64,000 bases of DNA from a virus (lineage: Duplodnaviria > Caudoviricetes): positions 160,001 through 224,000 of the IMG/VR virus record IMGVR_UViG_2706796186_000001, one strand, 5' to 3'. Shown in pieces: positions 47,001 to 57,359 of this stretch; the stretch's first letter is position 1; every line of letters begins with the position of its first letter. The notes beneath the pieces are model-generated. The model did no database searches. It was not told the origin of the DNA and saw nothing but the letters and a program-made list of their open reading frames with translations. Both the position numbers and the translations under genes were made by a program.

Positions 47001-50000
47001 CCCCGCTCGCCAACCACCATGCACCTTGGCCTAACAGTTTTGCCGGTTTCAGGATGCCCCATTTTGCAATGGTTCCCATGACTGACGCAACCGTACCCAA
47101 AATGCTCACCAATGGCCCAATGACCGGGATGGACTTGAACATGTCCATAATCCCTTTGGCCTTTCCACCGGAACGACCACCAGAGCCCGCAGAGGCCCCT
47201 TCGTGGTCAGCACGCTTACGGCGGAAGAATTGGAGGTAGTCGCGTTTTTCACCCCCCTCTTTGAACTTCATACGTCGCGAGAACTTGGCATACATGCCGC
47301 GGATGAACCCTTCCTGAGCACCGTTCTCTTCCAACGACGAACGCATGGTGTTAAACCAGCTCACTTCTTGCAGGTTCACCATCCGGTTCATACGGTCTAA
47401 GAGTTTCGACCCGATAGACTGGGCTTTCCCTTTGGCCGCATTGATCGCTTCTGAACCGGCTTCACCGGCTGCGGTGATATCGTCGTGGATCGCATCTTTG
47501 AACTTGTTCCGGCTGAACTTGCCTTTACGGTGAAGTCGACTGCGATAGAAATCGGCGGTCTCATCATCACGGCCCGCTAAGCGGCGTTCCACATCGTAGC
47601 GTGTACCGATGTCAAATTCAGACTCGCGCATGGAATCGCTGAAGTTGTTAAAGCGGTCACGAACACCACCTGCCCAACCCATGAGGCCGTCACGTTTGCC
47701 CCGGAACCAATCGGACACACCGGCACGGCCGTTACGGAAACGACGACCCCAACGACGGTTCAGACGGGCTCTTACCCCACGACCAAAACGCTGCGCGGAT
47801 TTGAATGCATCCTTCACACCCTTTCCACCCCCGGCACCCTTTTCCATTTCCTCAGTCCAACCTTCATCCTCTGGTTCCCCCGGCATACGGCGGTTCAAGA
47901 GTTTGTAGATACGGATAAGGATGTGGTTGGTTTTCTTGCCGGTGGTGTTCAGACCACCGAACAGGGAGTTGTTGCTGAAGAAGTCGCCTCCTCCTTTCCC
48001 TTTAAACCAGTTGGCAATCGGGTTGTTGGTTGCCAGATGCTTGAGTCGCCCGGCCCCTTTACGGAGCATATCCGGGATACCCATCACAAGGTCTTTGCCG
48101 CGAGACAACAGACTACCTACCCGACCGATGATACGCTGAAGCGGTGACTTGATGTCACGTCCCCATTTGTCCACCAGTTTGAAGTCCGGGTTCTGCATCT
48201 CTTGTGCGGTAATAATGTCATTACCGGCATCGTCCACGATTGGCCCTGTGATGTCCTTCACAGAGAAGACCGGGGTCTTCGTGGCTTTGAGCAGGTACTT
48301 GCCTTGACGCATCAGCATAGACGTCATACGCGGGAAGGTTTCCCCTTTCACGTAGATGTCCGGTGCCGTGGTGAACCACTCTTTGATGCTCTTGGCTTTC
48401 GGGGATAAGCGGTCGAGTACCTTCTTCGGTGCCTCGATGACTTTCCGCAGGAAGTTACCGGATTTGTGGGACATCGCTTTGAACAGCGACTGGAGTTTCC
48501 CGCCTTTGTAGTAACTGAGTTTACCCGCTGCCGCTAAATCAGCCGCAGAGAGAATCACGTTACCGGCGTTGTCAAGGATGTCCATCCCCAACTGAATCTC
48601 ATCCAACGTCTTCGGATTGTGAAGGTGGTTGCCGTCTTCGCTCAGCTGCCAGTATTCCCCAGCTTCTAAACGTTTCCCTTGCAAGACCACTTTGCCCCGC
48701 TCGTCGTACACATCACGCACGCCAAGCAAACCCTTCCCGAATTCCAGCGCGGAACCAAAGGCACCCGAGATGCTACCGGACGCTAAGCCTTTGAGTTTGG
48801 AGAAGATACCCGGACCGTCGCCAGCGGAAAACTTGCCCCTTGCCCAACTGCCGAATTTCCCTAAGCGGTCTTTGGCACCCAAGACACCGCGCTTGGCCAG
48901 ATTGAACCCACTGCCAGCCGTATCGAACAGAATACCGCCCCAGCGACGCAGCAAACCTGACTCACCGAGTATGATACGTCGACGACGTGGACCACCCCCG
49001 CGTGGGGCCGGACCATCACCATCACCACCGCCAGTACCGGCACCGTCAGGACCACTACCACCTTCCAGTGATGCTAATAACACACCCTCTTCATCCATGT
49101 TCTTCACATGTTTGAGGATTTCCTGGACGTAGGTGGTTACGTTCGTTGCACGGATAGCCTCTATAAGCCTGTCAGTCTCTCCTGACGCGTTTTTACGGTC
49201 TTGACCACCTAACAGGTCGACTAAGTTCGTCTCGGTCTCTCCGTAGAGCACACGCGCCATTTGACGGGCTGTAATGCCACCACCGTAACGTCCCTTACCT
49301 CCAGCCACATCATTCAATGCGGAACCGGCTGATAAGGTGTCTTCGATCCCAGCATCTTCCCCGAACTTACGACGGATGTAATCCGCAGTAGCAGAACCGT
49401 TTTGCAATTTGCGTTGCAGTTCTTGCTCACGGGTCAATGCACGACCGGTACGGGTCTTACCCATGCGGGTGTCATTGAACATCGTGTACGGGTCAACGAA
49501 ATCTTTATCTGCGGCAAAGACGTTGTTCTTCTTGTCGTAGTTAAAGATACCGGCGTCACGGAGGATACGTTCCCCGTAAATGGTCGCGGCTTGGTCAACA
49601 GCTTCCTGACGGCGTTTGTAATGCACCTGCACTGACGAGATACGATCGTGCAACTCATTCGACAGGCCCCAGTTCTCACCCGCGGTTCCGGCCGCGACAT
49701 GTTTCAGGGCATCGACAACCTTACGGGCTGTGTTACCGCCCATGTAACGGAAGAGTTGGGTTTGGTCTTTGATGATGGCATCGACGTCCATGGACTTGCC
49801 GGTCGCAGCACGCGACTCGATATAGTCCGCCAGTTGTTGACGCTCTTTCGGTTCAAGCGTTTTCTTCTGGTCGATGTAATCAACGACACCGTTAATAGAC
49901 TCCTGCGTCTTCTGACGCCCTTTATCATCCGCCAGTCCTTTACGGACACGGTCAGCTAAATCGCGGCGACTGGTGATGCCGCGGGTTGTCATGTCGTATT

Positions 50001-51462
50001 CAACGTCAGCGTGTTCGCCGTAACCACGACGAATCGATTTGTTGATTTCAGACAGCAACGCAGGAAGTGATTCGACCACGGTGAGATAGAACTTGCGGTC
50101 AAACTTCGCCGCACGGTTTAGGTTCTCGACGTTACGCTCATCGAGGAACACGTTCTCCCGTTTCATGGGGTCGACGATACCGAGGGTGTTCCCCATGCGG
50201 AACAGGTTAGCTAAGAACCCTTCGCTTTCTCCCGCAATCGCGGAGTTGGAAATTGTCCCGTCGGTGGCACCACGCGCAAGGAACTTTGCACGCTCAATCG
50301 CGGACATCGCCTGCGGGTTATCTTCTAACCACGCCTTGGATTTCCCTTGGCCTTTTTCAACCAGTGGCCCCAACAGCTTCTTGGCAAGAAACTTGGTGGC
50401 CCAACCGGTGGCCTTGTCACGGCCGTTCTTCTTACGGGCATCCGGTGACAGGGAGGAACTGTCTTCCATCCCAAAGTCATCTTCAACACCCATCCCCATT
50501 ATTGTCTCAAGAATCCCACGACCATCAGAGAAGGCACCCGAGATTTTCTTCGTGGCTTTCTGACGAATGGAGTCCATGAACCCTTCGGCGTATTTCAGGG
50601 GGTTCATCCACTCAGCTGCTTGACGACGAACGTGTGCCCAGCGAACTTCTGAGAAGTCCTCTTTGGCATAGTCCGGCAGCGCGGTGTTTTTGACGATGGC
50701 TTCCAGCGCCGGGGTGTTACGGTCAAACTCGGTCTGTTTGAGTTTGGATAAATCTTGCAACGCAAACAAGGTACGGTAACCCAGTTCGAGTTGCTTACGT
50801 TCAACGTTGAGCAACACCCCACGGGTTAAGGCTGCTGTGGAGTTCGTGTCACGGGCAATACTCAGTACGGCATTGAGCATCGCATCGGACTTCATGTCCT
50901 TCACGCCATCACGAATACGATTTTCGGTGGCTTGTTGCTGCGCATCGCGTTGTTCTTGCGCGCTCATCGGGGCTTCACTGCCCCCACCACCCTGACCGTT
51001 AAAGACTTCCGCCATCATGCGGTCTAAGCCAGCCTGTTCAGGATCGTATTTACCGCCCTGAATCTCGTCACTGCGCGCCCATTTATCTACACGACGCGTA
51101 ATCGCATCGGGTAAATATTTTTTCATTGTTGGGCCAAGCTGACGGGCTTGGTTCTTAATTACACGCTCTGTCTTGACCAGCTCGTCTTTGGTATGAGCGT
51201 AAACATCTTTTGCGACCGATTTGGCGTCTTGGTAGCCCTTGTACGCATCGGTGGCAGAATCAGGCATACCCTTTAAAATGACCTGGTCGCGTTTGCCTTC
51301 TGGCCAAATTGCTGACAGCGCGGAACGCTTAATCGTGCGGCCGGTCTCCATGATTGGGTTACGTTTTTTGTCTTTGTTCCGAGGCGGCTCGTCAAAGTCA
51401 TTCCAATCAAGATCAAGGTTGTCGAAGTTAAAATCATCGACACCATTTTTCTTTTTTGCCAT
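44071..51462 (-). CDS. Tail tape-measure/cell-puncturing protein with a C-terminal lytic transglycosylase (phiKZ gp181-like)
   Basis: About 2460 aa; SLT motifs AYAESKFN, AAGLFQFINSTW, YLYHFLGPGG; TM-like segment; divergent from the RNAP genes. Confidence 0.88.
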   Translation of the reverse strand: MAKKKNGVDDFNFDNLDLDWNDFDEPPRNKDKKRNPIMETGRTIKRSALSAIWPEGKRDQVILKGMPDSATDAYKGYQDAKSVAKDVYAHTKDELVKTERVIKNQARQLGPTMKKYLPDAITRRVDKWARSDEIQGGKYDPEQAGLDRMMAEVFNGQGGGGSEAPMSAQEQRDAQQQATENRIRDGVKDMKSDAMLNAVLSIARDTNSTAALTRGVLLNVERKQLELGYRTLFALQDLSKLKQTEFDRNTPALEAIVKNTALPDYAKEDFSEVRWAHVRRQAAEWMNPLKYAEGFMDSIRQKATKKISGAFSDGRGILETIMGMGVEDDFGMEDSSSLSPDARKKNGRDKATGWATKFLAKKLLGPLVEKGQGKSKAWLEDNPQAMSAIERAKFLARGATDGTISNSAIAGESEGFLANLFRMGNTLGIVDPMKRENVFLDERNVENLNRAAKFDRKFYLTVVESLPALLSEINKSIRRGYGEHADVEYDMTTRGITSRRDLADRVRKGLADDKGRQKTQESINGVVDYIDQKKTLEPKERQQLADYIESRAATGKSMDVDAIIKDQTQLFRYMGGNTARKVVDALKHVAAGTAGENWGLSNELHDRISSVQVHYKRRQEAVDQAATIYGERILRDAGIFNYDKKNNVFAADKDFVDPYTMFNDTRMGKTRTGRALTREQELQRKLQNGSATADYIRRKFGEDAGIEDTLSAGSALNDVAGGKGRYGGGITARQMARVLYGETETNLVDLLGGQDRKNASGETDRLIEAIRATNVTTYVQEILKHVKNMDEEGVLLASLEGGSGPDGAGTGGGDGDGPAPRGGGPRRRRIILGESGLLRRWGGILFDTAGSGFNLAKRGVLGAKDRLGKFGSWARGKFSAGDGPGIFSKLKGLASGSISGAFGSALEFGKGLLGVRDVYDERGKVVLQGKRLEAGEYWQLSEDGNHLHNPKTLDEIQLGMDILDNAGNVILSAADLAAAGKLSYYKGGKLQSLFKAMSHKSGNFLRKVIEAPKKVLDRLSPKAKSIKEWFTTAPDIYVKGETFPRMTSMLMRQGKYLLKATKTPVFSVKDITGPIVDDAGNDIITAQEMQNPDFKLVDKWGRDIKSPLQRIIGRVGSLLSRGKDLVMGIPDMLRKGAGRLKHLATNNPIANWFKGKGGGDFFSNNSLFGGLNTTGKKTNHILIRIYKLLNRRMPGEPEDEGWTEEMEKGAGGGKGVKDAFKSAQRFGRGVRARLNRRWGRRFRNGRAGVSDWFRGKRDGLMGWAGGVRDRFNNFSDSMRESEFDIGTRYDVERRLAGRDDETADFYRSRLHRKGKFSRNKFKDAIHDDITAAGEAGSEAINAAKGKAQSIGSKLLDRMNRMVNLQEVSWFNTMRSSLEENGAQEGFIRGMYAKFSRRMKFKEGGEKRDYLQFFRRKRADHEGASAGSGGRSGGKAKGIMDMFKSIPVIGPLVSILGTVASVMGTIAKWGILKPAKLLGQGAWWLASGGARMLGGAAMRGLIMPVATAAGAVVTAVGWPVILAVGAVVGLTWAAFKIATTTYTEYLDTLRLAQYGFQDYDKWSSDDGAKARYLEKQLKQYVSFNETGQATCRGLGAKEVQELAVGFGVAEDDKSGMLAFQAMMLQRFIPIYLRWLSALYAQERDIQLADVGNANKVSKSEMKSIFNKVQLTKDAPHLRALTDPRNVDRSLWQKFKDAVTFTSPDLLDADDVMDVQEDVLRGINRRMEDKKNRKFNKGALEARGIEESGVKEAFSALAATDKETRENAPRPNGWEDGTEQIQIQVDQFAVLNQKDVDALESIRFKTYGLKELDPAIVGQLKMLERFVLPNIDIKNASYKGKWTEAMDVIEPQGWKDPNRSEKLRLWFTSRFLPTFMFYVCGYHRFVPTGDPLNVKLTGGYLFELGLLTSRAYNMKADIRQSVWEVAINPFGQDPNMDPGSVSKELETLKVLSKEADLAVRNLLNDKKPMGKRAKWADKNTNTSFYQTKDDGESTFFTAEDQKAAKAAGGFGGGTFTGTPTDINQAVDAMGGAKNYAAISTGSVGIKLGDVEPGSYKQLAEKYPVGSLNSEERVKQMISDVARSMGVPPSVALGMAYAESKFNYKAKNPYASAAGLFQFINSTWDSQLGQYGRQFGIPGQLMASSGGQFDPHANTILGVQFIRDNIMKAQKDLGGKAPPPAVAYLYHFLGPGGGRQFMQAWAKNPNAPATAAPPVTRKVLAGNQSVFYTKQGRLRTLDEVIRELNGRMGAVTANEMTADPSKTKQAINGLSPGAPTSSSPAVSSGAAANDPSMEGTAAGAGQNLPADNENRRDGAMETKGAMAADNAVATMSNGPALPGGTASGSSDMSNVADEVAKQAAADGLSPKDVEKVKAGAAQRAAQTGGGGQAPLSSDMSPAAGGFSNATVADQQLQVTKDIKAILEDMRKLMQSGAPMGPSSPPSGPAPKSTQTYPQPAPSLNVSRKTG

Positions 51463-51491
51463 TGTATTTACTTCCAATTCAGGAGCTTAAC

Positions 51492-53105
51492 GTGAAGAAG
51501 CTAAACTGGGTTGACATTTACTTGTTAAACGTCAACAAGTCCCTGGTGTCTCAGCTAAGACAAATTACTACTACCGACACGTTCCAGGGCATGACGAAAA
51601 ACTTCCACCCGGAAGGACTTTACTCAACCGAAATCTTCGGCCTGACAGGTAGCGAGCAACGTGACGCAAGCTGGGCATACATCGATGTTAAATTAGACAT
51701 CATTTCTCCAACGGTTTGCTTAGGGCTGTTTGGCCTAAAGAAACTTTATGAGGACATTTGCGCAGGCAAACGCTTTGCGGTGTGGAATGAGAAAGAAAAA
51801 GATTTTGAACCGGCCCTGCCCAGTGATAAAGGCGCAGACACCGGTTATAATTTCTTCTTGTCCCATTATAAGGAACTGGCCCCCGCCCGTAACGATTCGT
51901 TACGCCGTGATGACTCACTCGACTTCTTCTTCAAATTCCGCGACGTCAGCCTCAGCCGCTATGTGCTGGTTCTGCCCGCAGGTCTGCGTGACCTGATTGT
52001 GCGCGAAGACGGCCGTGACCAAGAAGAAGAAATTGGGGGGATGTATCGGCGACTCATTTCGTTGGCGCGTGCAGTGCCTGACCGCAACGTCCGTACCGAA
52101 TTGACTGACCCGGTTCGCTGGAAACTCCAGCAAGCGTACAACGACATCTGGATGTACTTCTTTAACATCCTCGATGGAAAAGGCGGCTTTGCACGACGCA
52201 AGGTCACCTCTCGTAAGTTGCAGAACGGCACACGTAACGTGTTGTCCTCGTTCTCGACCGGGTCGAAGGTCATGGGTCGTGAAGACCAAGTGCGTGCCAC
52301 AGACACCCGTATCGGTTTATACCAGGGTTTGAAATCACTCTTGCCGGTGGCGCAGTATAACATTCGCGAACGTTATCTGTCCCAAATCCGTGCCGGTGAT
52401 GGCAACCTCTATGGTATCAACACCAAAACGCTCAAACGCGAACTCCTCGAAGTACGCGGGAAGGTCTATGACCTGTTTACCACCGATGACGGTATTGAGC
52501 GGTTGATTAACCGATTGGAAGTGACTGAGGCGCGCCACCAACCGTTGATGATTGACAAAGACCACTTCGTTGCGCTGATTTATCAGGACAACAAACATTT
52601 TAAAGTGTTCTTCGACATCGACGATTTGCCAGAAGCCTTCGACCGTAAAAACGTTCGGGGCATCAGTTTAGGTGAACTGCTATACCTGTCAGGGTATGAC
52701 CTCTGGAATGACTACTTCATGTTCGTGACGCGCTATCCGATTATCGGGCGCGGTTCGACGTACTCCTCGACCATAAGATTGGAGACCACCATCTCTTCCC
52801 TCTATATTCACGAGCTGGAAGATGACTGGTTAACGCCCAAGAAGAAAGGGGCGATCTCCTTCCCCGACAACCGCGTTGCGACGTGGGTCGAATCTATGGC
52901 ACCGCACCCTTCACGACTGAAAGGGTTGAACGGGGACTACGACGGCGATATGGGTTCAGGCAACGTGCCGTTCTCAATTGAAGCATTAGAGGAAAACCGT
53001 CGTTGGGTAAACTCCAAGAACTACTGGTTCACGACGGATGGCAGTTTCAAAGTGCAGCCTATAAATGACGTGATAGAACGGTCGATTAACGCGCTGTTAT
53101 TGTAA
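51492..53105 (+). CDS. rpoC: Virion RNA polymerase beta' subunit, catalytic part (phiKZ gp180-like)
   Basis: GLYSTEIFG, VLPAGLRD, GKGGF, TRYP and catalytic NGDYDGD; GTG start after AGGAG. Confidence 0.92.
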   Translation: MKKLNWVDIYLLNVNKSLVSQLRQITTTDTFQGMTKNFHPEGLYSTEIFGLTGSEQRDASWAYIDVKLDIISPTVCLGLFGLKKLYEDICAGKRFAVWNEKEKDFEPALPSDKGADTGYNFFLSHYKELAPARNDSLRRDDSLDFFFKFRDVSLSRYVLVLPAGLRDLIVREDGRDQEEEIGGMYRRLISLARAVPDRNVRTELTDPVRWKLQQAYNDIWMYFFNILDGKGGFARRKVTSRKLQNGTRNVLSSFSTGSKVMGREDQVRATDTRIGLYQGLKSLLPVAQYNIRERYLSQIRAGDGNLYGINTKTLKRELLEVRGKVYDLFTTDDGIERLINRLEVTEARHQPLMIDKDHFVALIYQDNKHFKVFFDIDDLPEAFDRKNVRGISLGELLYLSGYDLWNDYFMFVTRYPIIGRGSTYSSTIRLETTISSLYIHELEDDWLTPKKKGAISFPDNRVATWVESMAPHPSRLKGLNGDYDGDMGSGNVPFSIEALEENRRWVNSKNYWFTTDGSFKVQPINDVIERSINALLL

Positions 53106-53125
53106 CGTCTCTTTAAGGACTACCA

Positions 53126-56100
53126 ATGCTTCTCATTAAACAATTCAACCAGCGTTTCTCAGTGCGACGCACAGATGAGTTCGGGAAACCGCGCATCATC
53201 CCGCTTGAGAAACTCCAGATCCCGCGTGGGTCTGTTTTCCACACGGTCGACCTTGACCAAGTGGTGCTGGCTCCGCCGGTGAACACACCGTATTTCCAAG
53301 AGCTGGAGAAGCCCGCTCAGATTCGCCACCATTATCGTCTGCCGGAGGACGGGATTTCGGGTAAGCCGATTCCGGTACCGGTACAAGGTCAGGAACGTCA
53401 GATTCTGGCCTACCACCGTGCGAACCGTCGCTTCCGTCGTCTGACGGATGACACCTTAGTCCGCCGCGATCCGAAGGTGCTGCTCATCGAGAACTACACC
53501 CCGATGCTGCCGCACTACCGTTATCCTGACACGTTGATGTCATGGTACGATCGCCTGCGTAACATTCAGGTGTTAATCGCGAACCAATTTAAGTACGACA
53601 CCGCGGAGTATCTGCGTCAGAACTACATCATCGTTAACCTCGGTTCCACCCTGCCGTCGTTTGATAAGTTCAAAACCACCTACAACAACCGTATCAAGAA
53701 CAAACTGGAACACTTCCAGTCTATCGAGCTGCTGTGGCTGCTCGACCTGTTCGGTTGGGCGCGTGGTGACCAGAAGGAGACTCTGTTTGCAGGCATGGAC
53801 ATGACCCAACTGTCCCGCATGAACTTCATTTTCACCCACAACAGCGGCTTTACGTCGATGAACATGGGTGTGGTGGAGCGTATGCGTAAATCTGCCGGTG
53901 GCCGTTTAACCGATGATGTCATGTCACGTCACTTCTATCGTACTCTGATTCAAGTGATGACCACCCAACCGTCTGACAAGTTCGAAACCGAATTTGTGAC
54001 ACCGGAAGGGGAAGAACAGACTGTCATGCACGATGTTGAAAATGACGACATCGTTGAAGGCTCTGATGACATCACCGATGAAGATATCGTCAATGACGAA
54101 CCGGTTGTGAATGACGACGACGTGGACTTTGACACCAACGAAGATTTGGTGATTGAAGCGCCGAAAGAAGACGTCAAGCCGACCACCATCGTTGTTGAGA
54201 AAACTATTGATCACGCGGCAGTGATTAAGCAAGAAGTCGAGAAGCTGGCCGAGGCCGGACGTGTCACTGCGAAAGCATACAAGTTCCTGAACGAATCCAA
54301 CCAACGCTTCAACCAATTGCCGAACCCGTACAATCCAAAAGAGACGTACGAGCAAGCGTTAACCTATTCGGTGAAAGACATTGAAGTCAAGCCGAAGAAA
54401 ACGCTGGTTAAACCCCTTGTCACAACCGAAGACTGGACGCAGTCAACTGTTGATGCCATGGACAAGCAGTACAACAGCGTCGTGTTGCCGAAAGACATCC
54501 TGTCTGCTGTTGCGTCGTCCCAGCGTTTGGGGATGGCGATTCATGACCACAAAGTGGAGAAAGAGATTTCCGTTACCGGGAATATCGAACACCACACGCT
54601 TCGTCTTCAACCAATCGGCGGGGAGCCAGTAACGGTCCGTTTCCAGACTCCTGCATTGACCGAAGATGGAACGTGGATGGCAAATGGTACTGAGTACACC
54701 ATGCGTCGTCAGCGTGTTGATTTACCGATTCGTAAAGTCGATTTCGACACGGTCGCTTTAACCACTGCCTACGGTAAAAACTTTGTAAGGCGCAGCGATA
54801 AGGTAGCGAACGACTACGGTCGTTGGTTAACGAACGCAATTATCGTGCAGGCGGTTGACCCGAAGAACACCAACGTCACCGATGCCAAACTGGCAAACGT
54901 GTTCGACCCACTCAATACCCTACCGCGGCAATACACCATGGTGGCGCGTCGAGTATCAGGCTTCAACGCCATGGGTTATCAGTGGAACTTTGATTCGAAG
55001 AAACTCAACGAGTTCTTCGGTGAAGAGGGCGTGAAGAACCTTGAAGCGAAAGAGCTGTTGCCGGTTGCGAAAATGCGTGGGAACAAGTTCATCGGGATGG
55101 ATGAAAACTCGCAAATCTATAAAGTCGACGGTGACAAGATGGAACCGCAGGGTGACCTGGCCGACTTCTTAGGTGTGGATGCAACCAAGTCTCCACGCGA
55201 GATGACCGAGCTGTCATTGATGGGCACATCGCTGACGCTGGGCTTCATTTTCTCCTATTACCTCGGCCTTACCGGGATGCTCAAACACTTCGGGATTCGC
55301 TACGAGGTGTTGCCTCCGGGTAACCGCATCGATAAAACGCTGTACGATTCTGTTATTCGTTTAGCAGACTCGAAAATTGTAGTAATTTGTGACAACGACA
55401 AACAACGGATGATTGTCAACGGTCTGGATAAGTATCTGAAACTCCTGACCACTTACACGGAATCGGAAGTCGATCGTGAAGACATTTACCTGAACTTGAT
55501 TCGGGATGCAGATGGCCTGACACCACGGTACATCAATGAGCTTCGATTAATGCGGACCGCGTTCGTCGATGACATGCACGCTCGTATCCTCAGGAAGATG
55601 GGGGAACCGGAAACCTTTATCGGGTTGTTAGAACGCGCGAACGAAATGCTGCTGACTGACTACACGAAACCGGAAATCAACGGCGATGAAATGATGTTCG
55701 TCGGCAACCAACGTATTGCGTATCACGTCTACACGGCGATGGTGCGTGCAATGCGTAACTATCAAAACGCACCGGGCAGTAACCGTCGCTTTGAATTGAG
55801 TCAGGATATGGTGTGGGGCGCTATTAACTCTGACCCAAGTGTGCTGCTGGCACCGGGTGCAAACCCGATTCAGTGCACCAAAGAAAAAGACGTGATTACC
55901 ATGGGCGGGACGGGCGGGCGTAACCGTAAGACAATGGTGTACCATACGCGTGAGTTCCAGGAATCTGACCTGGGTATCGTGTCGGGTAACACGGTCGATA
56001 ACGGGGACGTAGGTATTACTGCCTTCCTGACCAACAATCCACGTTTTGATACGGTTGACGGCACCACCTTCATTCGCAGTAAAGAAGGTGAGGAGCACAA

Positions 56101-57313
56101 GCCGGGTGAAGTGCTGTCGTTTATCGACGGACTGGTACCGGACACGCTGATGGATGATGCGAAGCGTCAAAACTTCGTGGGTATCCAGTACGGTTCGACC
56201 ACAACGGTCGTAGGGGCAATGGTACCGCCTTATCGGACTGAGTTAGAGAAGGGCGTTGCACATCGCACATCGGTGAAACACGCACGCGGTATCGATAAGC
56301 CGGGCAAAATCGTCATGAAGACGGATGAGTTTATCCGTATCAAGTACGACGACGGTGAAGAAGAAACGTTTGAACTGGGGCGCTGGTACGGAGCACATGA
56401 GGGGACGTATTACCCACACACCGTTATCAGTAAATGGAAGCAGGGCGACAAACTGCCTGCGGGGTCTATCATCACCTTTAACGGTGATCACTTCGAACCG
56501 GATCTCTACGATCCAACACAGGTTTGCTTGAAAGAATCCATTCTGGCTAATGTCGCGTTGATTGAAGCGGAAGAGGTTATTGAAGACTCGAATGCAATTA
56601 GTGAGCGGTTCGCTGCGAAAGCACAGTCTGATGTGACCAAAATCAAAGAAGTCACGATTGGCTTTAACCAGAACATGTTGGAAATGGTGAAAGAAGGCGA
56701 CCATGTAGATGTGGAGTCAATTCTATGCACCTTCAGCGACAACCTGAACGACGATATGAGCGGCTTCAGTAAAGAAGCAGCCCAAACCCTGTACGAACTC
56801 AGTTCGTTCTCACCGCAAGCCGGTGTGCGGGGACACATCGATAAAATCGAAGTGGTTTACCATGGTGACCCAGAAGACCTGACTCCATCGCTGAAAACGT
56901 TGGTGAATGGGAAAGACCGTCAACGTCGTAAACTGGCAAACGCGCTGGGCAAGGACATTCCAACGTCCGGTAGCGTAAACGGGGATTACCGTGTAGACGG
57001 TGTGCCGCTGGCGTACAACACGATGTGTGTGAAGTTCTATATCACGCACCGTGTGGACATGGCGGCTGCTGACAAAATGGTTATCGCTAACCAGTTGAAA
57101 ACCACGGTACAAGAATTGATGCGTGGCGAGAACTACACTGAACGTGGAGAGGAGCTGGACATCATCTTTGGCCGTAACTCGGTGGATGCCCGTATCGTAG
57201 GTTCACTGATGCGTATCGGAACATGTAATGCCGCCGGTTTCCATGGCGGTCTTTGTGTCGGGAAGATTTTAGACGGTGAGGCCGTTCCTGAACTCCCTGC
57301 TAAAATCAAATAA
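53126..57313 (+). CDS. rpoB: Virion RNA polymerase beta subunit, main part (phiKZ gp178-like)
   Basis: NG.EY..R.QR, GGTGGR, TVDNGDVG, DDAKR.NF, EDSNAIS, DKM..ANQLK, DIIFG..SV.AR. Confidence 0.92.
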   Translation: MLLIKQFNQRFSVRRTDEFGKPRIIPLEKLQIPRGSVFHTVDLDQVVLAPPVNTPYFQELEKPAQIRHHYRLPEDGISGKPIPVPVQGQERQILAYHRANRRFRRLTDDTLVRRDPKVLLIENYTPMLPHYRYPDTLMSWYDRLRNIQVLIANQFKYDTAEYLRQNYIIVNLGSTLPSFDKFKTTYNNRIKNKLEHFQSIELLWLLDLFGWARGDQKETLFAGMDMTQLSRMNFIFTHNSGFTSMNMGVVERMRKSAGGRLTDDVMSRHFYRTLIQVMTTQPSDKFETEFVTPEGEEQTVMHDVENDDIVEGSDDITDEDIVNDEPVVNDDDVDFDTNEDLVIEAPKEDVKPTTIVVEKTIDHAAVIKQEVEKLAEAGRVTAKAYKFLNESNQRFNQLPNPYNPKETYEQALTYSVKDIEVKPKKTLVKPLVTTEDWTQSTVDAMDKQYNSVVLPKDILSAVASSQRLGMAIHDHKVEKEISVTGNIEHHTLRLQPIGGEPVTVRFQTPALTEDGTWMANGTEYTMRRQRVDLPIRKVDFDTVALTTAYGKNFVRRSDKVANDYGRWLTNAIIVQAVDPKNTNVTDAKLANVFDPLNTLPRQYTMVARRVSGFNAMGYQWNFDSKKLNEFFGEEGVKNLEAKELLPVAKMRGNKFIGMDENSQIYKVDGDKMEPQGDLADFLGVDATKSPREMTELSLMGTSLTLGFIFSYYLGLTGMLKHFGIRYEVLPPGNRIDKTLYDSVIRLADSKIVVICDNDKQRMIVNGLDKYLKLLTTYTESEVDREDIYLNLIRDADGLTPRYINELRLMRTAFVDDMHARILRKMGEPETFIGLLERANEMLLTDYTKPEINGDEMMFVGNQRIAYHVYTAMVRAMRNYQNAPGSNRRFELSQDMVWGAINSDPSVLLAPGANPIQCTKEKDVITMGGTGGRNRKTMVYHTREFQESDLGIVSGNTVDNGDVGITAFLTNNPRFDTVDGTTFIRSKEGEEHKPGEVLSFIDGLVPDTLMDDAKRQNFVGIQYGSTTTVVGAMVPPYRTELEKGVAHRTSVKHARGIDKPGKIVMKTDEFIRIKYDDGEEETFELGRWYGAHEGTYYPHTVISKWKQGDKLPAGSIITFNGDHFEPDLYDPTQVCLKESILANVALIEAEEVIEDSNAISERFAAKAQSDVTKIKEVTIGFNQNMLEMVKEGDHVDVESILCTFSDNLNDDMSGFSKEAAQTLYELSSFSPQAGVRGHIDKIEVVYHGDPEDLTPSLKTLVNGKDRQRRKLANALGKDIPTSGSVNGDYRVDGVPLAYNTMCVKFYITHRVDMAAADKMVIANQLKTTVQELMRGENYTERGEELDIIFGRNSVDARIVGSLMRIGTCNAAGFHGGLCVGKILDGEAVPELPAKIK

Positions 57314-57359
57314 CACTCTGGGCGGGTCGCTACCGCCCAGTCAAACTCCGGAGTAAGGT

